Counted from the stretch's first letter, positions 49,337 to 59,579 are shown. The stretch: DNA of 64,000 nt from Acetobacteraceae bacterium UBA6159 (GCA_002422345.1 DIUL01000142.1:78064-142063), one strand, 5' to 3'. The notes: generated from the letters alone by a model not told the origin. Numbers and translations: made by a program.

Positions 49337-50413
49337 ATGCCCCCCAGTGACGCCGCGCTGGCCGAAGCGCCCGTGAAGCTTGAACTCCAGACCTCGCGCC
49401 AGTTCCCGAATTTCATGGCGGAACAACGCATCAGCCTCGCGGTAACGACCTATCAGGCGGGCAAGTTGTTTCTTCTCGGGCTGCGTCCGGACGGGCGGCT
49501 TTCGGTGTTCGAGCGGACATTGGAACGATGCATGGGCCTGTGTATCGACCAGGACATGCTGCATGTTGCCACACTGTATCAGATCTGGCGGTTCCAGAAC
49601 GTCCTGGCGCCCGGGGCGTTCCACCAGGAGCACGACGCGCTGTTCTCTCCGCGCATGAGCTGGGTGACCGGCGACCTGGATGTCCACGACCTGGCGCTGC
49701 TGCCCGACGGCCGGCCGGTCTTCGCCAACACGCTGTTCAGCTGCCTCGCAACGGTGTCCGACACCGACAGCTTCACCCCGGTCTGGAAGCCCCGCTTCAT
49801 CAGCCGGCTGGCGGCCGAGGATCGTTGCCATCTGAACGGCCTGGCGATGCGGGACGGCAAGCCGGCCTATGTCACCGCGGTCGGGCGCAGCGACGTCGCC
49901 GATGGCTGGCGGGAGCACCGGCGCGAGGGCGGCTGCGTCATCGATGTCGAAAGCGGCGAGATCGTCGCGAGCGGCCTGTCGATGCCGCATTCGCCCCGGC
50001 TGCACAACGGCCGGCTGTGGCTGTTGAACTCCGGCACCGGGGAGTTCGGCTGGGTCGACCCGAAGACCGGCCGGTTCGAACCCGTGGCCTTCTGCCCCGG
50101 CTATATGCGCGGGCTGTCCTTCGTCGGCGACTTCGCGCTGGTCGGCCTGTCGTTGCCGCGCGACAACCGGACCTTCAACGGGCTGGCCTTGAACGAGGCG
50201 CTGATCGCCCGCGGGGCCGAGGCGCGCTGTGCCATCCTGGTCATCGACCTGCGGACCGGGGACACGGTGCACTGGGTGCGGTTCACCGGCGTGGTGCAGG
50301 AACTCTATGACGTGGCGGCGATCCCGGGCGTGCGGCGCCCCTCGGCGATCGGCTTCCGTTCGGATGAAATCCGGCGCGTGATCACGGTTGGCGCCTCCCC
50401 CGGCATGACATGA
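49337..50413 (+). CDS. TIGR03032/DUF4915-like protein
   Basis: TTYQAGKL, TGDLDVHD, NTLFSCLAT, W.P.FIS.LA.EDRCHLNGLA, GLSMPHSPR, FCPGY.RGL. Confidence 0.85.
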   Translation: MPPSDAALAEAPVKLELQTSRQFPNFMAEQRISLAVTTYQAGKLFLLGLRPDGRLSVFERTLERCMGLCIDQDMLHVATLYQIWRFQNVLAPGAFHQEHDALFSPRMSWVTGDLDVHDLALLPDGRPVFANTLFSCLATVSDTDSFTPVWKPRFISRLAAEDRCHLNGLAMRDGKPAYVTAVGRSDVADGWREHRREGGCVIDVESGEIVASGLSMPHSPRLHNGRLWLLNSGTGEFGWVDPKTGRFEPVAFCPGYMRGLSFVGDFALVGLSLPRDNRTFNGLALNEALIARGAEARCAILVIDLRTGDTVHWVRFTGVVQELYDVAAIPGVRRPSAIGFRSDEIRRVITVGASPGMT

Positions 50414-53400
50414 CCGCCGAGGTCCGGCGGGGGCTTCGGGAGGCTCTCGCGGCGGTCCAGGACCTGGTGCGGCAACGCCGGCTGCCGGAGGCGATCTCGG
50501 TCTGTGACCGCATGCTGGCGGTTGCGCCGGACGATGTTTCGGTGCTGTTGCACAAGGGCGTGGTGCTGCTGCTGGGCGATGACTCCGCGCGCGCCGAACG
50601 GCATTTCGAGGCCCTGACGCCGGCACATCCCGGTCTGGAGGATGCCTGGCAGGGGCTGGGGAAGGCGCTGTACGACCAGCAGCGCTGCGAGGCGGCGGCC
50701 GCGGCGTTCAGCCGAGCGGCCGAACTGTCCCGGGTGCCGGCGCGGGCGTTGTATCATCGTGGGCTGGCCCATCTGCTGGCGGGTGACTTCGCCGCCGGGT
50801 GGCGCGACTACGAGTATCGGCTGACTGTCCCGGATTTCCGCCATCGCGTGTTCGACCGGCCTCGGTGGGACGGATCGCCTTTGGCGGGTCGGCGGCTGCT
50901 GGTGATCGCCGAACAGGGCTATGGCGACGTGTTCCAGTTCGCCCGGTTCCTGCCGCGTCTGCGGACATTGGACGGGACGGTGATCTTCGAATGCCCGTCG
51001 GACCTGCGGGCGGTGCTGGCCCCGATGCTCGATGGGCTGACGATCGTCCCGCCGCGGGGGCGGGAGGCACCGGATGTCGCGTTCGACTGCTATGTGTCGC
51101 TGTTGAGCCTGCCGTTGGTGCTGGGTCTTGGTCCCGACGACCTCGCCAGTGACGGGCCGTATCTCGCCGGAGCGGCGGCGCCGCGGACGGGGACGGGCTT
51201 GCGGGTCGGCGTGTGCTGGGCCGGCAAGCCGTCGCATCCGCAGGACCTGCACCGATCCATGGACCCGGAGTTCCTGGCGCCGCTCGCCGGCGTGCCGGGG
51301 GTGACGCTGGTGTCTCTGCAGAAGGAAACCGGACACCGGCCGCCGCTGCCGGGATTGTGCGGCTTCCTGGGCGCGCCGGACCGGCCGCTGGACGATTTCG
51401 CGGCGACGGCGCGGGAGATCGCGGGTCTCGACCTGGTGATCACGGTTGATACCTCGGTGGCGCATCTGGCCGCGGCGCTCGGGCGGCCGGTCTGGCTGCT
51501 GCTGTCGCGCGCCTGCGACTGGCGCTGGATGACCGGGCGGGATGACAGTCCGTGGTATCCGACGATGCGGCTTTTCCGGCAGGAACGGCTCGGCGACTGG
51601 CCGCCGGTGATCGCGGCGGCGCGGGAGGCACTGGCCGCGCTCTCTCGGACGGCGGCGGTGGGGGCGCCGCGTCCCAGGTTGGATGACGTGACACTCGTCT
51701 GTATCGACACGATGCACCACGAGGCCGCGCTGCATGCCATCCGCCGGTCGCGTGCCGCCATCGATTTCGGCGCCGTGCTGTTCCTGACCGATCGTGCCGT
51801 TGTCGAGGACGGCGTCAGTGTGCATCGGATCGCGCCGATCGCGGGGCTGGAGGATTACTCCCGCATCGTGCTGCGGGAGATCGTGCCGCTGGTGCGGACC
51901 TCCCACGCCTTGATCATCCAGTGGGATGGGTATGTCGTGGACCCGGCGATGTGGGACCCGGCGTTTCTGTCCTTCGACTACATCGGCGCCGTCTGGACCT
52001 TCCGCACCGGCGCGCATCGCGTGGGCAATGGGGGATTCTCGCTGCGCTCCCGCAGGTTGATGCAGGCTCTGCTCGATCCCGCGTTTCCGGTGCGCCACCC
52101 CGAGGACGATACGATCTGCCGCACCTACCGGCCCGCGCTGGAACAGCTTGGCATGCGCTTCGCCGATGAGGCGACGGCCATGCGCTTTTCCACGGAGGTC
52201 GTGGAAACGCCGCACCCCAGCTTCGGCTTTCACGGCCTGTTCAACCTGTGGCGCTTTGTCCCGGCGGGCGACCTGGACGCATTTCTTGACCGGGTCGATC
52301 CGCGCGCCCTGACATCCACCCCGACCTTCACGCTGCTGGCGAACTACGCCGTGCTGCGCCGCTGGCGGGAAGCCGCGAGCCTGCTGCGGCGGACGCCGTT
52401 GCCGCCGCTCGAGGTGGCGCGCGGGTTGGCGGGGGTGATGCGGACCGATGTCGGGCGGGCGGAAACCCTGATCAACACGATCGCGCGGGAGGGGGCGGCG
52501 TCGGCCGAGGGCCTGGTGCGCGCGGGCAAGCGGCATCACGCCGCCGGACGGCTGGATGCCGCGCGGGAATGCTACGACCGGGCGCTCGCGCTGAACCCGC
52601 GCGCGGCCGAGGCGCTGCATATGCGGGGCGTGGCGCGGATGATGCAGGGGCAGGGGGCCGAGGGCGTCGCCGATGTGCGCGCCGCCCTGCGGGAACAGCC
52701 CGATCTGCCGTCGGCCTGGCGCAACCTGGCGCATCATTATCTGCAAACCCTACTGCGCGATGACACGCCGGCCGAGGCGGAGCGCCTGGCGCTGTGGGCC
52801 GAGGCCGATGATGCCACCGCCCGGGCCGTCGCCGCGGCCCCGGCGGATGCGGCCTGCCATTACCAGCGGGCGGCCGTGCTGCTGCGCCAGGGCTGTCCCG
52901 CGGAAGCGATCGCGGCGGCCGAGGCGGCGATCCGACTCGATCCCACGCATGGGCAGGCGCGGATGACGCTGGCCCTGGCCCGTTTGGTGACGGGCGATCT
53001 ACCGGCAGGGTTCGCCGCCTACGAGGCACGGTGGACGCTGGCCTCGATGCGGAAGCACGCCGGGTTCGATCCGGCGACGGCGTGGCGGGGTGAACGCGAT
53101 CCGAACGGCCTGACGGTGCTGGTCCGCGCCGAACAGGGGCATGGCGACACGATCCACATGGCGCGCTACGTGCCGATGCTGCTGGAGCGTGGCGCGCGGG
53201 TGGTGGTGTTGGTCCATGCTGGCCTGCGCCGCCTGCTGGCCGAAACCTGGTCCGACCGCGTCATGGTCCTCACGGAAAACGAGGTCCTGCCGGATCACGA
53301 CCTGCACTGCTCGATGCTGAGCCTGCCGCTGATCTTCGGTACGACGCTGGATACCATCCCCGCCACTGTGCCCTATCTGCACGCCGATCCCGCTCGCGTC

Positions 53401-53877
53401 GCGGCGTGGCGGGAACGGCTGTCGGCGGGGCGGGCCATCGGCGTGGCCTGGACCGGTGACCCGTCGGCGAGCATGAACCACCGCCGCTCCATCCCGGTGG
53501 AGAGGCTGCTGCCGCTGGGGGACATCGCCGGGGTCACCCTGGTGTCGTTGCAGAAGGGCGTTCCGGCGCCGATGCTGGACTGGACGGCCGAACTGGACGA
53601 TTTCGCCGATACGGCGGCGCTGGTGGCGGCCCTGGACCTGGTGATCACCGTCGATACGTCCGTGGCGCATCTGGCGGGCGCGCTGGGCCGTCCGGTCTGG
53701 CTGTTGAACCGGTTTGACACCGACTGGCGCTGGCTGCTGGAACGCGATGACAGTCCCTGGTATCCGACCCTGCGTCAGTTCCGCCAGACCACCGACGGAG
53801 ACTGGGACGACGTGATTGCCCGCGTGCGCGACTCGCTGGCGGCGTGGGGCACGACGCCGCGTGATCATGCCATTTGA
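50410..53877 (+). CDS. TPR protein with two glycosyltransferase(GT9-like) modules flanking a DUF5672-like domain
   Basis: Two copies of EQG.GD...F/M.R, LLSLP, G..W.G.P, F..TA.....LDLVITVDTSVAHLA.ALGRPVWLL, DWRW...RDDSPWYPT.R.FRQ. Central QWDGYV, DYIGA.W, VGNGGFSLRS, PED, FGFHG. TPR-like helices. Confidence 0.85.
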   Translation: MTAEVRRGLREALAAVQDLVRQRRLPEAISVCDRMLAVAPDDVSVLLHKGVVLLLGDDSARAERHFEALTPAHPGLEDAWQGLGKALYDQQRCEAAAAAFSRAAELSRVPARALYHRGLAHLLAGDFAAGWRDYEYRLTVPDFRHRVFDRPRWDGSPLAGRRLLVIAEQGYGDVFQFARFLPRLRTLDGTVIFECPSDLRAVLAPMLDGLTIVPPRGREAPDVAFDCYVSLLSLPLVLGLGPDDLASDGPYLAGAAAPRTGTGLRVGVCWAGKPSHPQDLHRSMDPEFLAPLAGVPGVTLVSLQKETGHRPPLPGLCGFLGAPDRPLDDFAATAREIAGLDLVITVDTSVAHLAAALGRPVWLLLSRACDWRWMTGRDDSPWYPTMRLFRQERLGDWPPVIAAAREALAALSRTAAVGAPRPRLDDVTLVCIDTMHHEAALHAIRRSRAAIDFGAVLFLTDRAVVEDGVSVHRIAPIAGLEDYSRIVLREIVPLVRTSHALIIQWDGYVVDPAMWDPAFLSFDYIGAVWTFRTGAHRVGNGGFSLRSRRLMQALLDPAFPVRHPEDDTICRTYRPALEQLGMRFADEATAMRFSTEVVETPHPSFGFHGLFNLWRFVPAGDLDAFLDRVDPRALTSTPTFTLLANYAVLRRWREAASLLRRTPLPPLEVARGLAGVMRTDVGRAETLINTIAREGAASAEGLVRAGKRHHAAGRLDAARECYDRALALNPRAAEALHMRGVARMMQGQGAEGVADVRAALREQPDLPSAWRNLAHHYLQTLLRDDTPAEAERLALWAEADDATARAVAAAPADAACHYQRAAVLLRQGCPAEAIAAAEAAIRLDPTHGQARMTLALARLVTGDLPAGFAAYEARWTLASMRKHAGFDPATAWRGERDPNGLTVLVRAEQGHGDTIHMARYVPMLLERGARVVVLVHAGLRRLLAETWSDRVMVLTENEVLPDHDLHCSMLSLPLIFGTTLDTIPATVPYLHADPARVAAWRERLSAGRAIGVAWTGDPSASMNHRRSIPVERLLPLGDIAGVTLVSLQKGVPAPMLDWTAELDDFADTAALVAALDLVITVDTSVAHLAGALGRPVWLLNRFDTDWRWLLERDDSPWYPTLRQFRQTTDGDWDDVIARVRDSLAAWGTTPRDHAI

Positions 53878-53890
53878 AATGAGGTTCCCG

Positions 53891-54280
53891 ATGTTTTCAG
53901 GCAGATGGCGCAACGACCAGGGATCGGCGATGGAACTGCGCCAGGACGGCGATGCGATCACGGGCGACTACATCACGCGCATCGGCGACGACCGGGTTGT
54001 CGAGAAGCGGCACCCTCTGGTCGGGCGGGTGGCAGGCGGGGTGATCGGCTTCGTCGTGTCCTGGGGGGCCGCGTCCTCGGTGACCAGTTGGGCCGGAAAG
54101 CTGATGACCGACGCGGAGGGCGGACAGTCCATCCATACCGTCTGGCACCTGGCGCGGGACAATATCGCGGGCGACCCGCCGCGCTCCGCCCAGCCGTGGG
54201 AGACATTCCTGACCTATGCCTCGGTGTTCCGGAAGGTGGCAGTGGAACCTGGGCCCGATGGCCGGGATGATGGAGCTTAG
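53891..54280 (+). CDS. avidin/streptavidin-family protein
   Basis: GRWRNDQGSAM, ITGDYIT, IGFVVSW, SVTSWAG, TVWHL, PWET match the avidin beta-barrel pattern. GAGG RBS before ATG 53891; alternative starts at 53867 and 53879. Confidence 0.8.
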   Translation: MFSGRWRNDQGSAMELRQDGDAITGDYITRIGDDRVVEKRHPLVGRVAGGVIGFVVSWGAASSVTSWAGKLMTDAEGGQSIHTVWHLARDNIAGDPPRSAQPWETFLTYASVFRKVAVEPGPDGRDDGA

Positions 54281-54330
54281 GCACTTCTAGCGATCGCAAC
54301 GCGCCGGGACACAACGAAAAGGAACGGAAG

Positions 54331-55089
54331 ATGGATCTGAAACTCGCGGGGAAGACCTGCCTTGTGACCGGCGCCAGCGCGGGGATCGGCGTGGGCATCG
54401 CGCGGTCCTTGGCGCGGGAGGGTGTGCGGCTCGCGATCCTGGCGCGCCGGCGCGACCCGATGGAGGCACTGGCCGATGAGATCGCGGCCGAGACCGGCGC
54501 CCGCCCGACCATCATCGTCGCCGACCTGACGGCGCAGGAAGCGCCCGAGGCGGTGCATGCGGCGATCCAGGCCGCGTTCGGCGGGTTGGAAATCCTGGTC
54601 AACAACGCCGGCCTGTCCAGCAAGCCTGAGACGATCGCCCGCGACGACGTCTGGAACGCCGGCTTCGACCTGAAATTCACCACCCTGCGGCGGCTGACCA
54701 ACGCCTTCCTGCCAGGCATGCGGGCGCAACGCTGGGGCCGGATCATCAACGTGACCGGGATCGTCGAGCCCTATGCGACCAGCGCCGCCCTGACCGCCTG
54801 CGCGGCGGTGCATGCCTGGGCCAAGGGCCTGTCGCGCGACTTGGCGGCCGAGGGCATCACGATCAACAGCATCCCGCCCGGCCGCATCAACAGTGAACAG
54901 ATCCGCAAGCGCCTGCATCCCGATCCGGCGGTGACCCAGCGCTATATCGAGCAGAACATCCCCATCGGCCGCTTCGGCGAACCCGAGGAACTGGCCGATC
55001 TGGTGACGTTCCTGGCCTCGCCCCGGGCCGGCTATATCACCGGCACGGTCATCCCGGTCGATGGCGGGATGTCGCGCTTCTCGATGTAG
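54331..55089 (+). CDS. SDR family oxidoreductase
   Basis: VTGASAGIG, LVNNAG, WGRIIN, PGRI, IPIGRFG.PEE, VDGG. Confidence 0.9.
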   Translation: MDLKLAGKTCLVTGASAGIGVGIARSLAREGVRLAILARRRDPMEALADEIAAETGARPTIIVADLTAQEAPEAVHAAIQAAFGGLEILVNNAGLSSKPETIARDDVWNAGFDLKFTTLRRLTNAFLPGMRAQRWGRIINVTGIVEPYATSAALTACAAVHAWAKGLSRDLAAEGITINSIPPGRINSEQIRKRLHPDPAVTQRYIEQNIPIGRFGEPEELADLVTFLASPRAGYITGTVIPVDGGMSRFSM

Positions 55090-55189
55090 GGTCTCCGGCG
55101 GCCGCGAAAGGGTGGCGTTCCGGGCGGAAGGGGCACAGACTGGCGGGATGCCGCTGCCCCGCATCCCGTCGTCCGGCCGCTGATCCCCG

Positions 55190-56707
55190 ATGTCGGATTC
55201 CGTCTCTGACGAATTCGAGGTTCCGCATCGCCGCCTGATCACCGCCTCCTCGATGCTGGCGATGTTCATGCAGGTGCTGGACACGTCCATCTGCGTCGTG
55301 GCGCTGCCGTATATGCAGGGCAGCCTTTCCGCGAGCGCGGATGAGATCAACTGGGTGCTCACGTCCAGCGTGATCGCCGCGGCGATCATGACCGCCCCGG
55401 TGGGGTGGATGGCGCAGCGTTTTGGCCGCAAGCGGCTGTTCGTCGTTTGCCTGACCGGGTTCGTGACCATGTCGATGCTGTGTGGCGCGGCGCAGACCTT
55501 GACCCAGCTTGTCGTGTGCCGCCTGCTGCAAGGGGCGTTCGGGGCCGGCATCGCGCCGTTGTCGCAGGCGACGATGCTCGACATCTACCCGTTCTCCCGC
55601 CGAGCGCAGGCGATGGCGCTGTTCTCGATGGGCGTGACGATGGGGCCGATGCTGGGGCCGACCTTGGGCGGCTACCTCACGGATTTCTACAATTGGCGCT
55701 GGGTTTTCTACGTGAACCTGCCGTTCGGCATCATTGCCGTCACGGGCCTGATCCTGTTCATGCCCACTTCGCCCGCTCGGCCTGCCCTGAAGTTCAGTTG
55801 GTATGGCTTCGGGATGCTGGCCGTGGCCGTGGGCGCGCTGCAGCTTGTGCTGGACCGCGGCCAGGTGAAGGACTGGTTCACGGCGCGGGAGATCATGGTG
55901 CTCGCCGTCCTGGCCGGGTTGGCGTTCTACCTGTTCGTCGTCCACATGGTGCTGTCGGACAAGCCGTTCTTGCCGACGGGGCTGTTCAAGGACCGAAACT
56001 TCGCCTCCGCCATCATCATGGTCTTCTGCGTGTCCGCCATCATGCAGGCGACCGGCGCGCTGCTGGCGCCCTATCTGCAGAAGCTGGCCGGCTTCGCGCC
56101 ACAGGATGCCGGCTGGGCGATGGCGCCGCGCGGAGTCGGGATCATGTTCTCGATGTTCGTCGCCTCCCGCCTGGGCATGCGGATCGACCAGCGCAAGCTC
56201 ATGGCCTGCGGGCTGACCCTGCTCGGCGTTGTCCTTTACGACATGAGCACCTGGACCCCCGCGGTCAGCGCGGGGCACATGGCAGCGGTCATGATGCTCC
56301 AGGGGGTGTCGGTGGGCTTCGTGTTCAACCCGATGACAGTGATGGCCTACACGACCCTGCCGGCCCATCTGCGTGGCGAGGCCACGGCGGTGCAGGCCCT
56401 GGCGCGGAACATCGGCGCGGCCATCGGCATCTCGGTCATGAGTTTCACGCTGTCACGCGCGTTCCAGACCAATCACGAGCAGATTTCGGCCGGGATCACA
56501 CCGTTCAACCGTACCCTGCAAGGGGAGGACGCGGTGGGCCATCTGCTGGACCCGGGCACGCGGGCGGGGGCGATGCTGCTGGACCAGATGATCACGTATC
56601 AGGCGCAGATCATTTCCTACAACAACGACTTCCGCCTGATGACCTTTGTCGTGCTGCCGCCGCTTCTGCTGCTGTTGCTGATGCGGCGGCACGCGAAAAG
56701 GCCCTGA
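55190..56707 (+). CDS. DHA2 family MFS efflux permease (EmrB/QacA)
   Basis: MQVLDTSI..VALPYMQG.LSA, WVLTS, RLLQG.FGA...PLSQA, WRWVFYVNLP, LDRGQ..DWF. Confidence 0.92.
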   Translation: MSDSVSDEFEVPHRRLITASSMLAMFMQVLDTSICVVALPYMQGSLSASADEINWVLTSSVIAAAIMTAPVGWMAQRFGRKRLFVVCLTGFVTMSMLCGAAQTLTQLVVCRLLQGAFGAGIAPLSQATMLDIYPFSRRAQAMALFSMGVTMGPMLGPTLGGYLTDFYNWRWVFYVNLPFGIIAVTGLILFMPTSPARPALKFSWYGFGMLAVAVGALQLVLDRGQVKDWFTAREIMVLAVLAGLAFYLFVVHMVLSDKPFLPTGLFKDRNFASAIIMVFCVSAIMQATGALLAPYLQKLAGFAPQDAGWAMAPRGVGIMFSMFVASRLGMRIDQRKLMACGLTLLGVVLYDMSTWTPAVSAGHMAAVMMLQGVSVGFVFNPMTVMAYTTLPAHLRGEATAVQALARNIGAAIGISVMSFTLSRAFQTNHEQISAGITPFNRTLQGEDAVGHLLDPGTRAGAMLLDQMITYQAQIISYNNDFRLMTFVVLPPLLLLLLMRRHAKRP

Positions 56708-56710
56708 CGA

Positions 56711-57214
56711 TCAGGCCGCGCGGATGTTGGAGCGCTGGATACGGTCGAGGTTGCCGCCCTCGATCCGGATCAGCTTGGTCGGGCCCGAGCGCTTCGGCGA
56801 ATGCACGAAGCCGGCCGGATAGAAATGCGCGTCTCCGGGCTTGAGGACGTAGCTGCGTTCACGCTCCACCAGGATCGGGTTCGTGCCATCGCCTGGCCTG
56901 ACGATCTTCCAGTCGGTCATTTCGGTATCGCCGATGGCCAGGCCGTAGATCGCCCAGCTTGTGCCGTGGTCGTGCGGGGCGCCATCGGCCGCGTTTTCAT
57001 AGACATGGCCGCAGATGCAAAAGCCGAGCGTGGGGTCTTCGTAGAGGACCTTGCGGGGGCGGCATTGATCGGCGGTCAGATGCTGGTCGATGAAGGCCGG
57101 GTCGACCAGCGCCTTGGACACCGCGGCGCAGACCGCCTGCTTGCCGGCTGGTCCGGGATCGGCCTGCAACGCCGAACGGATGTCGTCGCTGAGTTGGGAG
57201 AGTGTGTAGGCCAT
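56711..57214 (-). CDS. cysteine-dioxygenase-like cupin protein
   Basis: LYEDP.LGFCI, PHDHG.SWAIYG, GFVHSP (His triad); start MAYTL after GGAGG. Confidence 0.7.
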   Translation of the reverse strand: MAYTLSQLSDDIRSALQADPGPAGKQAVCAAVSKALVDPAFIDQHLTADQCRPRKVLYEDPTLGFCICGHVYENAADGAPHDHGTSWAIYGLAIGDTEMTDWKIVRPGDGTNPILVERERSYVLKPGDAHFYPAGFVHSPKRSGPTKLIRIEGGNLDRIQRSNIRAA

Positions 57215-57515
57215 GGAGATCCTCCATCCTGCGGTTGGGCCGGAACGACCCGCACCGACATTGCGTTGCGCGAAGAAATGACCGGTGGCGGGGATCGCGT
57301 CGTTGATCCAGATCAAGGGCGGCGCCACGCTGTGTCCGGTCGGGCATGGCAACGCGCCCGAGGCGGGGCTATCCTGTCGATGCCTGTGCCGGTGCGTGGG
57401 TTGATCGATCGCGCCGGGCTGGTATGGAACACGGGCGGGCGGAAGCATGGCGCCACTGTCCGCCGCGTTCGGCCCGCGCCATGAACGACGTCGTGGAATG
57501 CAGAGGGACACCAAG

Positions 57516-58295
57516 ATGACCATGAACTGGGCGAAAGTCGTCGCCGATCTCGAACGCCTGCTGAAGCTGCGGAACCCGCCCTTCGCGATGAAGCTGTTCG
57601 AGCGCAAGGAGGACATGGAGGCGATCCCCCGCATCCGCCGCCCCAAGGCTGTCCATGCCTTCGATCAGGTCGTGGCGCAGGCTGCTCGTCTGGGCTGGAC
57701 CGTCGGCGTGACGGCCGAGGACCTGGTGGGCGCGCAATGCCGCGCGGTGATCGGGCTGGGGAATGGCAAGGACGACAAGTGGAAAAGCGGCCAGCACATG
57801 GTCGGCGTCTGGTACAGCACGCCCGAGGATGCCGGCGCGCACCAGTCCGCGATGAACTGCGTCGAGGACGGCAAGTATGAGGCGATGGTCGTGTCGCCCT
57901 TAGGCAGCGGCCGGCTTGATCCGCCCGATATCGCGCTGTTCTACGCGACGCCCGGGGCGATGATGTATTTCATCAACGGCCTGCAATGGGCCGGCTACAA
58001 GCGTTTCGACTGGAGCGTGGTGGGCGAGTCGGCCTGCGCCGACTCCTGGGGCCGAGCGCTGAAGACCCGCGAACCCAGCCTGTCGATCCCCTGCTTCGCC
58101 GAACGGCGGTACGGTGGCGTGCTGGACGATGAGATGCTGATGGCACTGCCGCCGGATGCGCTGGCGCAGGCGATCACCGGGATGGAGGCGCTGGCCCGCA
58201 ACGGGTTCCGCTATCCGTTCCCGCAATATGGCATCCAGCAGGACGTGCGCGCGGGCATGGGCGTCAGCTACCCGGACAAGCGTCCGGCGGCATAA
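57516..58295 (+). CDS. DUF169-like protein
   Basis: Q.V..A...GWT, PDI.LFYATP..M, GESACADSW, SIPCFAERRYGG..DDE; GAGGGA RBS. Confidence 0.75.
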   Translation: MTMNWAKVVADLERLLKLRNPPFAMKLFERKEDMEAIPRIRRPKAVHAFDQVVAQAARLGWTVGVTAEDLVGAQCRAVIGLGNGKDDKWKSGQHMVGVWYSTPEDAGAHQSAMNCVEDGKYEAMVVSPLGSGRLDPPDIALFYATPGAMMYFINGLQWAGYKRFDWSVVGESACADSWGRALKTREPSLSIPCFAERRYGGVLDDEMLMALPPDALAQAITGMEALARNGFRYPFPQYGIQQDVRAGMGVSYPDKRPAA

Positions 58296-58303
58296 CGACG
58301 GGG

Positions 58304-58330
58304 CGGCCCGCGCGGAAACGGCGCGGGCCG
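58304..58330 (+). terminator. GC-rich hairpin after the DUF169-like gene
   Basis: Perfect 10-bp stem CGGCCCGCGC/GCGCGGGCCG, 8 nt after the stop; no U tract. Confidence 0.45.
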
Positions 58331-58433
58331 TCAGTCCTGCGTTCAGGCGATGGGGCGCGTTCTCCTGGTCCGACCAGGGTGAGGAGGACGCGTCGCCGCA
58401 CGGGTTTCACGGGCAGGCGGGAGCGACCACCGG

Positions 58434-59579
58434 ATGAAAGCCAAGGGCACCGATAACGGGCTGCGGGTGGGCCTGTTCCACCCCAACGCCAATGTCCATT
58501 TCGGTTCGGCGCGTAGCCCGGAACTCAATCCGGACCTGCTGGACATCCAGACGCACACGAACCTGGCCTCGGCCTGCGAGGCAGCGGGGTTCGACTACCT
58601 GTTCATGGCCGATAGCTGGCTGCCCTATGGCCCGGAATCGAGCCGGATCGGGTGGCGCGACCCCTATCTTTTCTCTCCGATCCTGGGTGGCGCCATCGCG
58701 GCGGTGACCCGGCGGATCGGGATCATCACGACCATCCATACATCGCTGTTTCATCCGGTGCAGGTCGCGCGGATGGGGGCGACGCTCGATGCGCTCAGCG
58801 GCGGGCGATGGGGGTTGAATGTCGTGACCGGCACGTCGTCCTCCGCCGGGCTGATCAGCAATGAATTCGGCCGGATCGACCACGATGCCCGCTATGACGC
58901 GGCGCATGAGGCGATGGCCCTGCTGCGCGCGCTGTGGTCCGGGGAGCAGGTGGATCACGAGGGCCCGTACTACCAGGTGCACGGCAAGGTCGTCGGGCCG
59001 CGTACGGTGCAGCGGCCGATGCCGTTGATCGTCAGCGCCGGAGCCTCCCCCGCCGGGCGCCGCTTCGCCGCGCACCACGCCGACACGATCTTCATGCCGG
59101 GCCGTACCCCGCGCGAAACCCTGCATGCGGCGATGGACGATATCGGCGCGCAGGCGGCTGAACGGGGACGGAAAGTCAGCCTCCAGGTCCATGTCAGCGT
59201 GCTGGTGCGGGAAGCGGACGCCGAGGCGGACCGGGTCTCGGCAGACCTGAAGGCCAGCGTGCATCTGCCGGCGGTGGCCGAGTATCTGAAGTTCATCAGC
59301 GCGCTCAGCACGACGTATGAGGATATCTACGCCCGCTATTCCGAGAACGACATGCGGCAGGTTGGCCTGGTCTCGGGCGGGTTGCAGGCGCATGGCGGGC
59401 CGGACCGCGTGGCGGCGACGCTGATCGGGCTGTATCGGGAATACGGGGTGCGCGGGGTGGCGCTGACCTTCCCGCTCTGGCACCCGTCGGAGGTCGAACT
59501 GTTCGGCCGCCTGGTTCTGCCCCGGCTGGCGGAGGCGGGCATCTGGGTGCATCCGGCCGATCGGGACTGGTGCTGGTAG
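58434..59579 (+). CDS. luciferase-like (LLM) flavin-dependent monooxygenase
   Basis: EAAGFDYLFMAD, ATLD.LSGGRWGLNVVTG, SAGASPAGRRFAA.HAD.IF. Confidence 0.9.
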   Translation: MKAKGTDNGLRVGLFHPNANVHFGSARSPELNPDLLDIQTHTNLASACEAAGFDYLFMADSWLPYGPESSRIGWRDPYLFSPILGGAIAAVTRRIGIITTIHTSLFHPVQVARMGATLDALSGGRWGLNVVTGTSSSAGLISNEFGRIDHDARYDAAHEAMALLRALWSGEQVDHEGPYYQVHGKVVGPRTVQRPMPLIVSAGASPAGRRFAAHHADTIFMPGRTPRETLHAAMDDIGAQAAERGRKVSLQVHVSVLVREADAEADRVSADLKASVHLPAVAEYLKFISALSTTYEDIYARYSENDMRQVGLVSGGLQAHGGPDRVAATLIGLYREYGVRGVALTFPLWHPSEVELFGRLVLPRLAEAGIWVHPADRDWCW

